Origin: Mytilus trossulus
Taxonomy: Eukaryota
Direction of reading: 5' to 3'
NCBI RefSeq assembly: GCF_036588685.1
Contig: NC_086386.1
Coordinates: forward strand, 51,584,001-51,648,000
DNA: 64,000 nucleotides
Positions 1 to 14,039 of the stretch are shown here, one piece after another. A program made the position numbers and the translations under genes. The first letter of the stretch is position 1. Each line of letters opens with the position of its first letter. A model generated the notes under the pieces. It ran no database searches, had not been told where the DNA came from, and saw only the letters and a list, made by a program, of their open reading frames with translations.

Positions 1-1430
1 CAAATTGGTCTGCCTTTAGTAATTGCTAAGTTTATGATTCGTCCAGCAAAATTATGTGTACAAATACAGTGAGTGATAGCAATTATAAGACAAGTTCAAT
101 AGTTTCTAAAGGTGTTCGAAAATCTGTTGGTAATAAATGGGTAGACTCTATAGGCAGTCTAAAAATATCTATTTCGCGTTTGGAAAAGAAGAAAAACATT
201 GAGGTGCATAATTGTATGATAACGATTGAGAGAAATGTAATCAATTACTGAGGATAAGAGACTCAGAAACTGATTTGCACTCTAGTTGCGTAAAACATAA
301 TGATAAGTTCAAACAAAAATGTAATGTGTTTTCAAAGAACAAATGGAATATACAAAATGAATTTAATCTAACGTTTTGCTTATTTCATCAAATGGGCTTA
401 ATTTTTAATTTGTTTTTATTGTTGTTTTGATAAAATGCAATAACACACACTTATGTATGTTAAAAGAGCTGACGACCTACACATGCTTCAATTAAATAAT
501 GAGCTACGCGTTTTTTTCTAATTTTAAACGAATCTTTTTGTAAGTATTTTGTAGAATAGTTATTTTAATTTGCATAATATCTATATCACTACTTCCATAT
601 TCTTAAAACAAAAAATCTCTTTACTTTCGTTCTTCATTTCCATTAACCAACTGGTTTACAATAACTGTAGTTTATCTCATAAATAATTATATTTACTTTT
701 TAATGTTCAGTAAGGTTATTCTAAATATAGCATTATCTAACCCAACCGGCCTTCAGTCGACATATTGATCATAGAGGAATCTAATCCACAAGACTTTGGA
801 AAACAGGTAAATAAAAAGTGTATTCAATCATTTCGGATTGAAAATCGTTTCATTCGTCCAACATTTGTATCGTTCTGTCACAAGTGTTGTTATAATGTTT
901 TTTGTATGAACAATTCAAATCTAGATTGCAAAGGTTCAATGTATCCCAGTCTATTATTTTCGATTAGTATAAATTGAAGACAAATCATCGAATATTTTGC
1001 TAGATACAAATGAATTTTCAAGGAAAGCTTTATACCATTGTTTACGTGAAGCATACTTTCATGTAGGCAATATGTATGAATCCGAAAGTATTATAAATTA
1101 TATAACCGTATGTCAGTCAAAATAATCAGATAAAAGGAAAGTGGTCACCGACAAAAATGCAATTATTTATTATATCTACCTGTAGCAATTTGTATTACAC
1201 CTTAAAAATAGATAACGATTAAATCTAAAAATAAAGACTGAAAGTCTACATTTGGGCTTTAAATGTACTTGGTGACACATTCAATCCAATTGTTTTAGAT
1301 TTAGTGTAATGATCTGCATAAAACGACATTTTTTTTATGAATAGGTAACAAGGTGCATACCAATGACATTTATTCATACGCAATAAGATGATGAAATTAT
1401 TTCAGAATAAGATACGCATTCATTGGATTC

Positions 1431-1493
1431 ATGAATAACACAAGAAACTTTGTAATTTAGTTTTGTAACTGCTACCAACACTTCATATTTGAG
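1431..1493 (+). CDS. Candidate first coding (signal-peptide) exon of the receptor-STAND gene; contains an in-frame TAG
   Basis: Acceptor tttcag ends at 1405, ATG at 1431, donor GAG|gtatgt in phase 0 matches exon 4852. Reads MNNTRNFVI*FCNCYQHFIFE with TAG at 1458-1460. Confidence 0.35.
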
Positions 1494-1599
1494 GTATGTC
1501 TAAAAATACACACATATATTTCGACCAAACTATTTAACAAACCTTTGAGTGCAATTTATCTGATATAACCAATATGGTCCGAGTTGTTGTTCCTTTTCG

Positions 1600-1960
1600 T
1601 TGTTCACGAATATAGTCCCAAGTGTTGACAGTGGGTTACATTTGTACTTGCCAATGTTTTTATACCCCTTCCAAATTTATTTCTCTATGATTTATGCCTC
1701 AAATTGCAATTAGGGGGATGACATAACACTGTTAAAAAATTTGGGTCCCGATTTTTTTTTAAAAGTAATGATTTGGTCCAGCTGAAAAAGGTTCAAAATT
1801 AGCACTCTGGAAGCTGTCAAAAGATTTCAAGAAAAAACACAAAATTGTCCATATTTTAAGTTAGAGTAAATGAGGTTTTCTATAATTTTGATATAATTTG
1901 TCCCAAAAGTAGAACAACACACTGTAAAAATATCAATGAGAACATTCATAATCGGTGAGT
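1600..1960. repeat. Interspersed repeat (MITE/DNA-transposon-like); inverted homolog at ~61125-61390
   Basis: Shared blocks ccttccaaatttatt, cagctgaaaaaggtt and aaaattgtccatat in reverse complement. Confidence 0.65.
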
Positions 1961-1964
1961 GTGT

Positions 1965-2190
1965 AAAAGTAAAAACACAAAAATACTTAACTCCGAGGAA
2001 AATTCAAAAAGGAAAATCAAAAATCAAAAGGCAAAATCAAAAGTCCAAACACATAAAACGAATGGAAAACAACTATCATATTCCTGACTTGGTACAGGCA
2101 TTTTCTTATTTAGAAAATGGTGGATTGAACCTGGTTTTATAGCTAGCTAAACCTCTCACTTTTATGACAGTCGCATCATATTCCATTACA
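1965..2190 (-). repeat. SINE-like interspersed repeat carrying the tgcctgtaccaagtcagg core (Nin/Deu-domain-like)
   Basis: Related copies at ~11600-11960, 24530-24960, 28560-29040, 31810-32050, 33560-33750, 36810-36900, 46083-46280 and 63130-63500. Family name assigned from memory of the motif. Confidence 0.6.
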
Positions 2191-2812
2191 TTTTCAACGA
2201 TGAATGAACAAAACAAACATACTCAAAGAGTAAAAATGTCAAATAGGGGTACAACAGTCAATAATGTGTTATCATCTTAATATCACTGTAAAAACATCAA
2301 ACAAACGAAGAAGCACAAAATGCATACATCAAATTTAACATACTAATTTTGTTTTTCTAATACAACTTAATGTATTTTCAGTACTGGTGTAAAATTGCGC
2401 GCTTGAAATTCGCACAGGTAGACATAAAAATAATAAAGACAGCTTTACTTATGTAATACTAAGTAGATATTACAATTCTAATCTACAAAGCTTGTGTTGG
2501 ATCATTTTGACATTGATAATTTCGGCAATATAATATGTTTAAACTAATCAAATCTCCCCAATAAAATGTTTAATAGCACATTATTGATGGCTTGTAATCA
2601 AATATGTCTCAAATTTCATATTGTACAACCTTCTTGAAAACTCTCTTAATTTTAGGAAGTGTTCATTTAAAAAAATGTAATAGTATTTTGATAGACCTTT
2701 TTTGCTTTGTGTCTTGGTGTTACTACCTGTAAATTTTTTCATCACATGGTTTGAGATTGAGGCTTGGGTATAAACCTTTCCTAAGCCGTGAAAAAGTGTT
2801 AATACAACACGA

Positions 2813-3075
2813 AATAGTTATCAAAGGTACAAAGCGTATAATTTAATATGCAAGACGCGTGTTTCGTTTACAAAGGCTTATCAGTGCCGCTCAGATCAAA
2901 ATAGTTTAAAAGCCAAACAAGTACAAAGTTGAAGCGCATTGACGACCCGAATTTCCAAAAAAGTGGTGCCAAATACGGCGAAGGTAATGTATGCTTGGGA
3001 TAAGAAAATCCTTAGTATTTCAGAAGAAAAAAACATATGTGCTTTTGTAAACAGGAAATTTATATTATAAAAATC
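2813..3075 (-). repeat. Degenerate retrozyme copy (hammerhead core mutated); similar relics at ~25070-25340 and ~32790-32990
   Basis: Aligns by eye to the 43517 unit; the core reads CTGATAA. Confidence 0.75.
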
Positions 3076-3979
3076 AATGACTTCCCATAAAAATTCTTTA
3101 AAAAATGTATGCCATGTATTTAGCTTGACTGATTTTGTCATTCGTATTCTATGAAAGGATTTTTTATCCCTATTGTTAAGTCTATTTTTTTAGGACATGT
3201 ACAATTTTATTCCTAAATATTTCCTGTGTACAATAACCTTAATCGTCAAGAACCAGACCTAGGGTCCCTGTTTACAAAATGAAACCATCTATCCAGGGGA
3301 AATAGAAGGAAATAAGAAAAAAAGTCCACTTTTAACCTTGGATTCACAATTAGTTTAACAAATATATCAATATAATGTTAGAAGCATCTAACATGTCTTA
3401 CAATTCTATACTTTAATTTCAAAATAGTAAGTAAATAATGATAAGATACCCATATACAAGATGTGCATTTACTACAATAAACATGATAGGCTTATACTTT
3501 TTATCAATTTTTTTTATCTTTGTATAAATTGATAAAATCAATATTCTAATACTATAAGTCATAACACAAAATGAACTTTGACTCAAGCTATATTATACTA
3601 TTATAATAACTGTATAAATTTTCATTATAACAGACTCTAATTTTGTCTTATCAAAAAAAGAACAAACATTTGTTTCCAGACTTGATACATATCTTGCACA
3701 ATATTTAATTTACTGAATATTGTGCAAGGTTCTCCATAGGATTTTTTTTACTTTATTTTCAATTTTTAAATATTTTATCCTGAACACATATTTTCTCAAG
3801 ATATATGTGTTCCAAATATTTCCTGCCATCTAATTTGACATTTTGTTTATTTAAAACAGTACGAATATGATTAAGTTTTAACTTTGATGGTTTGAATTTT
3901 GGTTGTTTAAGTTAATTAAGCTTTGGATTATAGCTCTGTATCTTTTATATAAGCTTTGGATTTCAAATATTTTGGCCAC

Positions 3980-4025
3980 GAGCATCACTAAAGAGACACG
4001 TATTGTCGAAATGCGCATCTGGTGC
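3980..4025 (+). ncRNA. Hammerhead of a second retrozyme subfamily, core mutated
   Basis: gagcatca CTAAAGA gaca cgtat tgtc GAAAT gcgc ATC tggtgc. Stems co-vary relative to the main family, but CUGANGA has become CUAAAGA. Confidence 0.65.
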
Positions 4026-4851
4026 AAAAAAATGGTACCGTTAATTTTATGAATGTGATTAACATTGTATTGTAAAAAAAAGAAATTTAAAACCATTGAA
4101 TTTGCCAATTTTTTTTTCAGAGAATGTCACTTATAGCGATTGTCTATATTGTTCTTGTTGTAAGTATGGGTCAATGAAATTGTTAATTTCACAAAATATA
4201 ACGTTGTGATATCGATTTTTTTCGGTGACGATTTTAATTACCGAAATTTGTGTTTCTTTGAAGAACATACCACTTCCCAAACTTGCATTGTTTTGCGACC
4301 TACGTGTACCTTTTTTACGAATAAAATGTACCAATCAGTTATGTTAGATACAGAGTTACCAATTACAAAGCGAATGGAAAAGCATATTAGATTTGATTTT
4401 ATAACTTCAATGATTCTTTCTATACTGAACTGATTTTGAAATGTTAACCGACCTTACGGTAACTCTCACCATTAAATTATATCCTAAACGCGTTTATATT
4501 TGTAAACTGTCTAGCAGGAGACGGTGTGGTCGAAGTGTAAAGGACATGTTTTTCATCAATATGGAAAAGGTGTTAAAACTAAGTACAGATAATTTAAAAA
4601 AAAACAGGGATGTTTAAAATTATTATTGTTGATTATTGATCAGTTGATTATTATAAAAAAAAATGTACTTTTTATTATGTTTACGGAAAAAACAGGTAGA
4701 TGCTTTGAAATAGCCTTTTACGTTTGTTCATATACAAAAGTATGTCGATTATAAATTAAGATTTTGTTTTCTTTCTTCAAACTTATTAAACTGTTATCGA
4801 CATTTCTTTCAAGCTTTTAACGTTAGATCATCTATCATTTCATTTTTACAG

Positions 4852-5020
4852 AAATTGTACCTAACAGCAGCATTTCAAATTAGGTGCCCTGTTCCCTTAG
4901 AAAGACATTTTAGAAGTATGGCATTATGTGCAGATGCTTCAAACTACACATGCTTGTTTGATGAAGACCAAATGTCTTATAATGAGAGCTGTTCGATTAA
5001 ATTTGACTTTCAAAGACCAG
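4852..5020 (+). CDS. Exon, N-terminal Cys-rich ectodomain
   Basis: tttacag|...CCAG|gtgag; KLYLTAAFQIRCPVPLERHFRSMALCADASNYTCLFDEDQMSYNESCSIKFDFQRP(G); N-glycosylation sequons NYT and NES. Confidence 0.8.
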
Positions 5021-5841
5021 GTGAGCAGCTATACAAGGCACATCACAAATTAAAAACACGAAAAAGTGAATAACCTTATTAACAAGAATTTAAATACGCC
5101 AGAAAACTTTAGTTTTCAAAATATTACTTTGTTGATCGCTTTGATTTTTTTTTAATTTGCCAAGACTAAACACCGTTTGCAGTTGTTGTTTTCAAGCCAT
5201 GCCAATATTTTCTAAAGCAAAACACCTTTCAACTCAGTGACGTCTTTTTGAAGAGATGAAGTAACCCCTGTTGATATTCCTGTTTCACAATAGCAACCGA
5301 TGTCAACATTGACTCAACAGATAATGTGACGTTTATTATTGTCGCATTGTGATCTGTTTATCAAGAACTCTTAAGAAAAAAGCATAAATATATATATATA
5401 TACATGATATATGTATGATAAAACACAAATGAGTTTATTTGTAAATGTTTATATAGTGGCTTAAAAACACTACTACCATATTTACAATACAACTATTTAC
5501 ATTTTACGTGGACGAAGCGATAGTTTATCTGCATATCTCTTAATCAGTAACGTTGAAACGGAACTGTTTGAAATCGAAGGAATTACAAATATGCAGACAC
5601 GTGAAGAGCTATATTACCTATATGTACATTTAACGAAACGAGACATTAAAGCTATGTTAATTTTTAAAATATGAATGCGAAAAAATCATTTTGAAAATCC
5701 TTTCCGTACCGAAGTTGCTACCAGAGATCGAAAAATACCCGCTGGTGAAAACACTTTTAACTCTTGTAGTTTTGAGCCACTACATGCATTTATTGTATTA
5801 AAACGGTTTAATATATGCTTATGTTTTTCAACGTCCTTTAG

Positions 5842-6144
5842 GTTATAGAGTTACCTTTCGCACGAATCTGAACGGCATATCTTGCCCACCTGATCTGTAT
5901 CAACCACTCGTTTTTTTATCCAACGAATCCAGTAATTGTGAGCTTAAGAAATCGTTTTGCAGAAACGAGGGTCAACTATTATCATGGAATGGAACAAATA
6001 AAATGGACAGACAATGTCGATGTAATCATGTCGAAGGATATACATTTGTGGGTAACCCGAAAGATGCATGCTCTTGTATTCCAACAGAAGACGATTGTTC
6101 CTGCTATCGCAAACAATGTTCTAAGAACAGCATTATCCCTCCGG
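5842..6144 (+). CDS. Exon, TNFR-like cysteine-rich domain (missed by the ORF track)
   Basis: Open phase-1/phase-1 exon: YRVTFRTNLNGISCPPDLYQPLVFLSNESSNCELKKSFCRNEGQLLSWNGTNKMDRQCRCNHVEGYTFVGNPKDACSCIPTEDDCSCYRKQCSKNSIIPP. The C..G......GT...D..C pattern resembles a TNFR CRD. A clear paralog lies at 37189-37485. Confidence 0.85.
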
Positions 6145-6894
6145 GTTGGTATATAAACTAAACTCCTCATCAAAATTACTCTTTTTATTGATAGATATTG
6201 GTCAAACGAGGCAGTTTAATTGAATAATTGCTGCTTCCAATAACAAGTTACTTTAGCTTAATATCTGTTTGTAATATAATTACGAATACGGATAGTGTGT
6301 TATTGAAATTGGCTATTACTATCGTGACTGAATTACGGATTTTGTTTTTAAATTAATTAATATATCTTCCATATTAAATGCTCAGTTTTAATTTTACCGT
6401 TTTGCTTTTTTTTGCATTTGTTTGGGTCGCATTGGTATTGTTAGTTCTTTAATTTCAAAAACATTTAAGAATTGTGGACATGAAACATCCATGATCTGTT
6501 TTCGACAAGTGAATTGTGTACCGTTAATGTTATGATTATATGCTAAATATTTTTGTCCAATCAAGGCGTCAAACTAGTAAAGGATCGTCAGTGAAGTAAG
6601 AATTATAAAAAAATCAAAATCATTAAACCAACGTTGAAGAACTTGGATGTTGATTAAATCAAACGTAAAAAAATAAACAAATGCATAGACATGAGGGACC
6701 TCGACAAATAAGAAAACAATAGATTTTCATGATAAACGGTTGATTTTGATTTAGAGTTAAACCATAAAAACGAATCCCTTATAGTATTGTGAGAAAAGGA
6801 TATTATAAACCTGTAAGTTGCACCAAAAATATCAAAAGGTTTAGTACCACTGATGGATCTTTTGAAGATGAATAGAACACTCGTATTATAAACA

Positions 6895-9075
6895 TGATAA
6901 AGTTATTTGTCCGCATCAAACTGACCATTTTAGCATGTAATTATGTAAATGTATATAGCCGCATAGTAAATGAGTTATATTTTTATGTATAGATGGATAG
7001 TATAAAACGAATCATAGCAATTTTGGAACATAATGAATAACAAATTTTGTTTGCAACACTTTATAGTACCAGCATGTTCTCTTTTATTCAAACTAACAAA
7101 TTTCAGTAGTTTTTATACCTCATACTGTCTCGTATAACACAATTATTTGTCCGCATCAACTAGAACTGGCCATATTTGAACTTACTTAAGTGAATCTTAT
7201 AGTCGCATAGTAAATCAGTAATATTTTCTGTAATGATGGATTTGATGGATTGTATAAAAAAAGATATCAATATTGGAACATAATAACTACAAAAAAAAAT
7301 TCTGAGTAAAATAAATAAGTTTTATTTTTATGTACAGAAGGATTGTATAAAGCTAATCATAGCAATTATGGAACATACTGACTAACAAATTTTGTTTGCA
7401 TCAATTAAGTGTGTCAGCATGTCCTCTTTTATTCAAACTATTGAATCCTAAACAAATTTCAGTAGTTTTTATACCTCAGACTGACTCGTATAACACAATT
7501 ATTTGTCCGCATCAACTAGAACTGACCATATTTGAACTTAATTAGGTGAATCTTATAGTCGCATAGTAAATCAGTAATATTTTCTGTAATGATGGATTTG
7601 ATGGATTGTATAAAACTAATCATAGCAATTTTGAAACATAATGAGTATTCTAACCCATTTTGTTGGCATCAATTAAAAGTGCCAGCATGTCCTCTTTTTA
7701 TTCAAACTATTAAATCGTAAACAAATTGCGGTGGTTCTCGTACCTATTATATTGATATTTGAACATGATGACTACAAAACAATTTCTGATTCAATTAAGA
7801 GTACCAGACTAGTATTTCCTTTTGTTATTCAAAATATTGAATTGTAAACAATTTTCAGTAGTTTTTATACCTTAGAATGACTCGTATCATAACATTATTT
7901 GTCAGCATCAACCTAAACTGACCATTTTAGGATTTTATTATGTAAATCTATATAGCCGCATAGTAAATAAGTAATATTTTTATGTAAGGATGGATTGTAA
8001 AAAACTAATCATAGCAATTTTGGAACATAATGACTAACAAATTTTGTTTGCATCATCTATGAGTGGAAGCTTGTCCTCTTTTTATTCAAACTATAGAATC
8101 GTAAACAAATTTCAGTTGTTCTCATACCTCAGACTGACTCGCAAAGTAAATCAGGAACATTTTCTGTAATGATGGATTTCATGGATTGTATAAAACTAAT
8201 CATAGCGTAGCAATATTGAAACATATTAACAACAAAACAAAATCTGCATCAATTTAGAATGCCACTATGTCCTCTTTTTATTCAAAATATTGAGTCGTAC
8301 ACAAATTTTAGTAGTTTGCATACCTCAGACTGACTCGTAAAACTAAATTGTTTGTTCGCATCAACCAAAACTGACCATATTTTGCACAGTGACTTTATTA
8401 TGTAATCTTTGTAGTAGCATAGTAAATCAGAATAGTTTTCTTCGTAAGGATGGATATTAAAAAAAAAGTAAAGCAATATTGGAACATAATGATTACAAAA
8501 CAATTTCTGCATCAACTTAAAGTACCAGCATATTCTATTTTTATTCAAAATATTTAATCGTTAACAATTTTCAGTAGTTTTCATACCTAATAATGTATTT
8601 TAATATAATTATTTATCCGCATCAACTAAATCTGATCATATTAGCACTTCATCATGCATATCTATATAGCCACATAGCAAATCAGTTATATTTTCATGTA
8701 AGGATGGATTGTATAATACAAAAAATAGCAATATTGGAACAACATGACTAAAACAGTTTGTTTGCATCAATGTAGAGTGCATACAAGACCTTTCTATTCA
8801 AACTATTGAATCGTAAACAAATTTCAGCAGTTTTTATACCTCAGACTGATTCGTTTAACAAAATCATTTGTCCGCATCAACCATAAGTGACCATATTTGA
8901 ACTTTATTATGATAATCTCATGTGTTTTATTGTTTGTCTTTTTGTCTTCTTTCGTTTTTAGCCAGGTGTTGTCAGTTTATTTTCGATTTCTGAGTTTGAC
9001 TGTCCCCTTGGTATCTTTCGTCCCTCTTTTATTGTCGCATAGTAAATCTGTTATATATTCTGTAATGACGGATAT
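6895..9075. repeat. Degenerate intronic tandem repeat/satellite, ~240-260 bp unit with partial units
   Basis: Motif atttgtccgcatcaa recurs near 6905, 7145, 7501, 7896, 8350, 8611 and 8866, together with gatggattgtataaaa and ttattcaaacta blocks. Confidence 0.85.
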
Positions 9076-9732
9076 ATTAGATGATATGATCTAATAAGTT
9101 TAGTTACAACCACTTTGTCGATTCCACTTGTGGTGGAGTTTTTTTCCTCGAAGATTGTCCCAGCTCAGTGGTCGGCACTGTGCGTTTGCATGAATTATCA
9201 TTGGTTAGGTCTTATTCATAAATCAACTGTTTTGAAACAAAAAAATAAAAAATCTCGAAAATATATTTTTTCTTCTTCTCAGGAATAGATAAAAATTTGA
9301 AATTGAAACAAATATACATGTTTTTCAATGAGATATTATGTGAACGTAATATATAACATGATATGTATCATAAAATACCAACTTTAATTGAAAGTGAAAC
9401 ATTGGATTTTGAAAAAAAGGACTTTGGCATATAAGCTGACAGGGAAATAGAAAGTAATATACATATACACAGTTTGATCGACGTGGATCTACCATGCCAG
9501 TAATCACTTTGAAGTATTAAGCTGAAGTAACAACAGCAGGACTAGCTTCTATAGAGTCGTGCGTGCATGAAGATGTGTTCTGCCTCATTATATCAGTTCA
9601 CGAGAAGAAGGGTGGAGTTTAGACTTCATTATAGCTTTACAACCCCATCATTTATCATAATACCAAATTCACTCTGTTTTTTTTATATACATTATGAAAA
9701 CATATAACACATTTCAATTCGTTATCTTGTAG

Positions 9733-9832
9733 ATTATCAATGTATTGACAAATTTACGTCGTCAGAGAATTTTACTTGTTCATTGATTCCTGATCTACCG
9801 CAAGATATTATAACTGTCGTCTATAAAATACA
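9733..9832 (+). CDS. Exon, end of Cys-rich region and stalk
   Basis: ttgtag|AT TAT CAA TGT...CA|gtaagt; (D)YQCIDKFTSSENFTCSLIPDLPQDIITVVYKI. Same phases (1 to 2) and YQC start as paralog exon 38504-38573. Confidence 0.75.
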
Positions 9833-11987
9833 GTAAGTTGAAGGTGTTAAAAAAAGCCCGATAAGGGTAAGTTACATTTTTTTCTTTCAAGTTATAGATG
9901 AAACTCTTTTAACGAAAGAACTCTTACTTAAATGTTTTATACTGATGTTATATATCCAAGATAGAAATAGTAATCGATTTTAAAAATTTGACATACATTG
10001 TGGTTCCAATTTTACGTTTTGATCAGAATAGATTGACTTCAAACAACTGTTTATGGCAGGATGTTGCTACAATTTCTCATTTCCAACGTTTCTCTTCCCT
10101 GTTCCAACTGCACACTTCCCTTTTGAAAGTTGTCATATATACAAGAGTTGCAGCTGAGAATTGTCAACGTAGAACTGATTAATGGCAAGTCTGGCAAAGC
10201 AATTTTGACTTGCTTGGAATAAAATAAATTGAATATAAACAAGATGTAGTATGAATGTCAATGAGACAACTCTCCATGAAATGCCCAATGTATTAAAAGT
10301 AAACAATAATAGGATAAAGTCTTCAACACAGAGCCTTTGCCAACAAACAAACAACAACCGCTAAACAACAGGAAAATGAAGTTGAAACTAATTAATATCA
10401 ATTTGGAACTGATTAATATCAATATCCAACTGATTAATGTCAACATGGTCAAGCTGGAACTAAGGAACGCGAAAATTGAATGGAGAAATGTAAACCAGGA
10501 AGTTATGAATGTCGTAATAAAAACCTAACTTAATTTAAGGTTATCAACTGTTTGTGAAAATTTGAATATATATGGTAACTTATATGCATGTAACTACATA
10601 TCTTTTTTATGTGTAATGTCGATATTTGTCGATGTTTTTACAGAGTATCCAATGTGACTGTTTCCAGTAATAATACATACACTAATAATATACATAGAGG
10701 CAAGTACAATGTATATACATGCTTGATCTTGTTGAATTGGTATTTTAACATAAGGATAAGTTTTAATATGCTCCCGCACTGACCGATTTTTAAAATTTTT
10801 TATATGAAGCATTATTCATATGAAACCTCTTTATTTCAAACTTTTAGAAAATTCTGTTCTTTTACGTTAAGATATATTAGTCAAGTCCAAAATGAAAAGA
10901 AAATGAAAAGAAATGAAAATCAACTCATTATAAGCATACAAGTATTTCATTGTGTAGAAAAGGGTAGATTTAACCGTTTCATAGATAACTACACATCTTA
11001 CCCGTATGAATGTCTTAAAAAATGTCTTTCATATTTGCAACAATGAAGTAACAAAGCACACAGATATAACGTTGTCTTCTTTCTTTGGTAGTTGGAACAT
11101 ATGTATTTTAGTATTTTAATTTAGTATTTCTTATATGAAATTTTCTAAAAGTAAAACAACTTGAAAGTTGCTGGAAAATTTTGTTTAAACTATTAACAGA
11201 AAATGTAGTTAAGGCATTCAAAAGTAATCAACAATTCGACCTTTAGCTTTAAAGATTTAAATCATTTTATTTATAAAACAAAAACGATTTTTAAACAGTA
11301 ACAGAAGGGCCACAACAATTCTAAAAAGAGAAAATATACAGGGAAATAGATGATACATTAAATGACGTCTTTCTTCTAAACCAATAAGATTTTGAATGTA
11401 TACAGCTTGATATTTTAGCCTGAATTGCATTACATGTTCTATAATTTTTTATTGGCTTTAAATTGGTGCGAATTCTCTCAGATCTGTACAACTTGATTTT
11501 TGGTATGGGGGTATATTAGTACTTTTCCACGTCCACTTTTGGTTTTTGTAAGATGTATTTCTCTTTGTATCCATCTGATTAGTAAAGCGGCCTTTTAATC
11601 TGTTTTTATTTTATAGTTTGTTCTTCTGTTGTATTGTTATATCGCTGTACATGTTAGATGGAGTATTAAAGCCTTCAAACAAGTTTAACGCCACCATATT
11701 TGGAAATGCTTGTCTCATTTCAGGTGTTGTCATTTCTTGTTGTAAACATGTTTGTGTTCTTTATTATGTAAAGAAACTAGGCCATTAGTTTTCTTGTTTA
11801 ACTTGTGTTACATTTGTCTTTTGGGGGCCTTTTAAGCTGACTATGTGGTATGGTTTTTGTTCATTGTAGAAGGCCATCCTGTGACCTATTTGTTAAACTC
11901 TGTGTCATTTTGGTGTCTTGTGGAGTGTTATCGCATTTGCAAACATACCACATTTTCTTATTTGTGTGTTCAAACACTGAAAACAAG

Positions 11988-12073
11988 GTCACAAAATGAT
12001 GAACTTGTGACAATCCAGTATGCAGATAGTGTTTCTCATCAACTGAACATTGATGCAGACTCTGTTTTCTCTT
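11988..12073 (+). CDS. Candidate stalk linker exon
   Basis: The only phase-2 to phase-1 open segment I noticed: SQNDELVTIQYADSVSHQLNIDADSVFS, donor gtatgt. The acceptor (aacaag) is weak and lies next to a SINE-like tail. Confidence 0.3.
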
Positions 12074-13432
12074 GTATGTTTTATTAAGAGAAATTTATTA
12101 CCGTATATAGACTGTGATTTAATGTCAATTTAGTGTACCTTTACTGTTTTATTTCAATGAATATTTAGTGTAACTCAATATTCAGTGCTTTGTACAAATG
12201 ACAATTTACAACTATTTTAATAAGTTTATATTTCAATTTTCAATTGATATAATTTTCTTGTATATGTTCATGTTTTTTCATCTAAATAGTTTCAAATGAT
12301 AAGAAATAGCACTTCAAACGATTTTTGTGTTTTTGAATATTATTAACTTAAAATTCACTCTTTGATTATTTTATCAAATATTGCAACTGAAATTAATCTT
12401 TTTTTTATTTTCAAAAAGATTAACATGGATTCACCCTGATTCGTTAGTTAAGTGTTGGTATAACATAATCTTGAATATTCCCGATATTTACATAAAAATT
12501 CGGGGAACACGTACCTCACATTTCACTGTTTTACATGTACCTATATAATTTAAAATGTAGAAATGGCCAGAATGAACCGATAAAACAGGTTATAACTCTG
12601 CTCGGTTTATATTTACGGAGAACAAAGTCCGGGTGTCAATATCATCTTACAGGTCCATGTTTAACGCATTGACTGAGTAAAAGTCCTAAATTTCTATACT
12701 AGTATAACATAATTATGTAAATAATGTATTAGAAAAATTACGTTCGATGGTCTCTCTGTGTAATTTTTAATTGTATTTTACAAGAATTTTCTTTTCTGAT
12801 GCGTCGCCTTCTCCGTGGTTGTTATGTATGACGTCACGACGTCATAAATCTAAATAAAGTTACATTTTCATAATAACAATCAATATACGTATTAATAGAA
12901 ACATATCGTCAATATATAATAAGAATAAAAAAAATGCGTAAGGTACGTAAACTAACCTTTAAACACCTGGTCGTCAAATCCAATGAAAGCTACACCATAT
13001 ATAATATTGTGTAATAAGCACTATAAACAAAACAAGTTGTATCAACAAAGAAAACAAAATGGTAAATAGACGCTCATGATAAAAAATAAAACACACAAAT
13101 CCCCAAAAAAAGACCATAGCACAACACCACCACAACGTTATGTTCAAATACCGAGCCATGCACAAAGGATATAATCCAAATTGACAAAACAGTACAAGTT
13201 AAAAGTTAAAACTATATTAAGACGCCTATAGAGAACATCATTACATGTATAATGACAAACAACGTTGATAATTATAATCAATACCATTGTGTATCATTGG
13301 TGAAGTTAATTCAGAAGATTTATCAACAAAGACTTGTATCTCCCTATAATTTGTTTTGAAAATAACACATGTTCTTTGACATGATCTTGGTTCATCAACT
13401 TCATGCCCATACACTTGTGACGTTTTGTGAAG

Positions 13433-13838
13433 TTGAAATCATCCATTCGTAAATTTTACGGACGCCATCACGAGTTGGTTGACCGTTATGGAATAACCGT
13501 TTCACAAATGATATCGGATATGTTTCTTACGTCGTAACTACACTCCCCTTCCCTTTCATGAATTTGACCTACCGAATTAGACTATTTACCGGATTTGTAA
13601 TCACATAAGCAACACGACGGGTACCGCATGTGGAGCAGGATCTGCTTACCCTTCCGGAGCACCTGAGATCACCCCTAGTTTTTGGTGGGGTTCGTGTTGT
13701 TTATTCTTTAGTTTTCTATGTTGTGTCATGTGTACTATTGTTTTTTTGTTTGTCTTTTTCATTTTTAGCCATGGCGTTGTCAGTTTGTTTTAGATTTACG
13801 AGTTTGACTGTCCCTTTGGTATCTTTCGTCCCTCTTTT
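13433..13838 (+). mobile_element. 3' end of a Penelope-like (Naiad-type) element: RT C-terminus plus 3' repeat
   Basis: Encodes LKSSIRKFYGRHHELVDRYGITVSQMISDMF, homologous to 39575-39700. It is followed by a repeat ending gagtttgactgtccc..ggtatctttcgtccctctttt, also seen at ~8915-9030, 25434-25800, 26895-27310, 30781-30972 and 48860-49045. Confidence 0.8.
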
Positions 13839-14039
13839 GTAACGTCTGAGTGGCATTTGCAAGCTATTGACTACCAACTTAGTTTAAAAATGTGTATCCC
13901 TTTGAGTAGGTGAATGTATTATATTGCTGCTAGGGTTTGGTACATTAATAATTTCAATATTAAAGTATTATACTATGTCATAAATTTTGTTATTGGAATT
14001 GAGACAACCGCTATTATCGACTTAAATGTGTTTCTTAGA

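Noticed and set aside
5938-6173. ORF-track ORFs 5938..6156 (+) and 5982..6173 (-)
   Set aside because: Wrong frames; the real exon frame is the Cys-rich one at 5842-6144.
10337-10528. ORF with repetitive LININ peptides
   Set aside because: Arises from short imperfect DNA repeats (aactgattaat); no splice or domain support.
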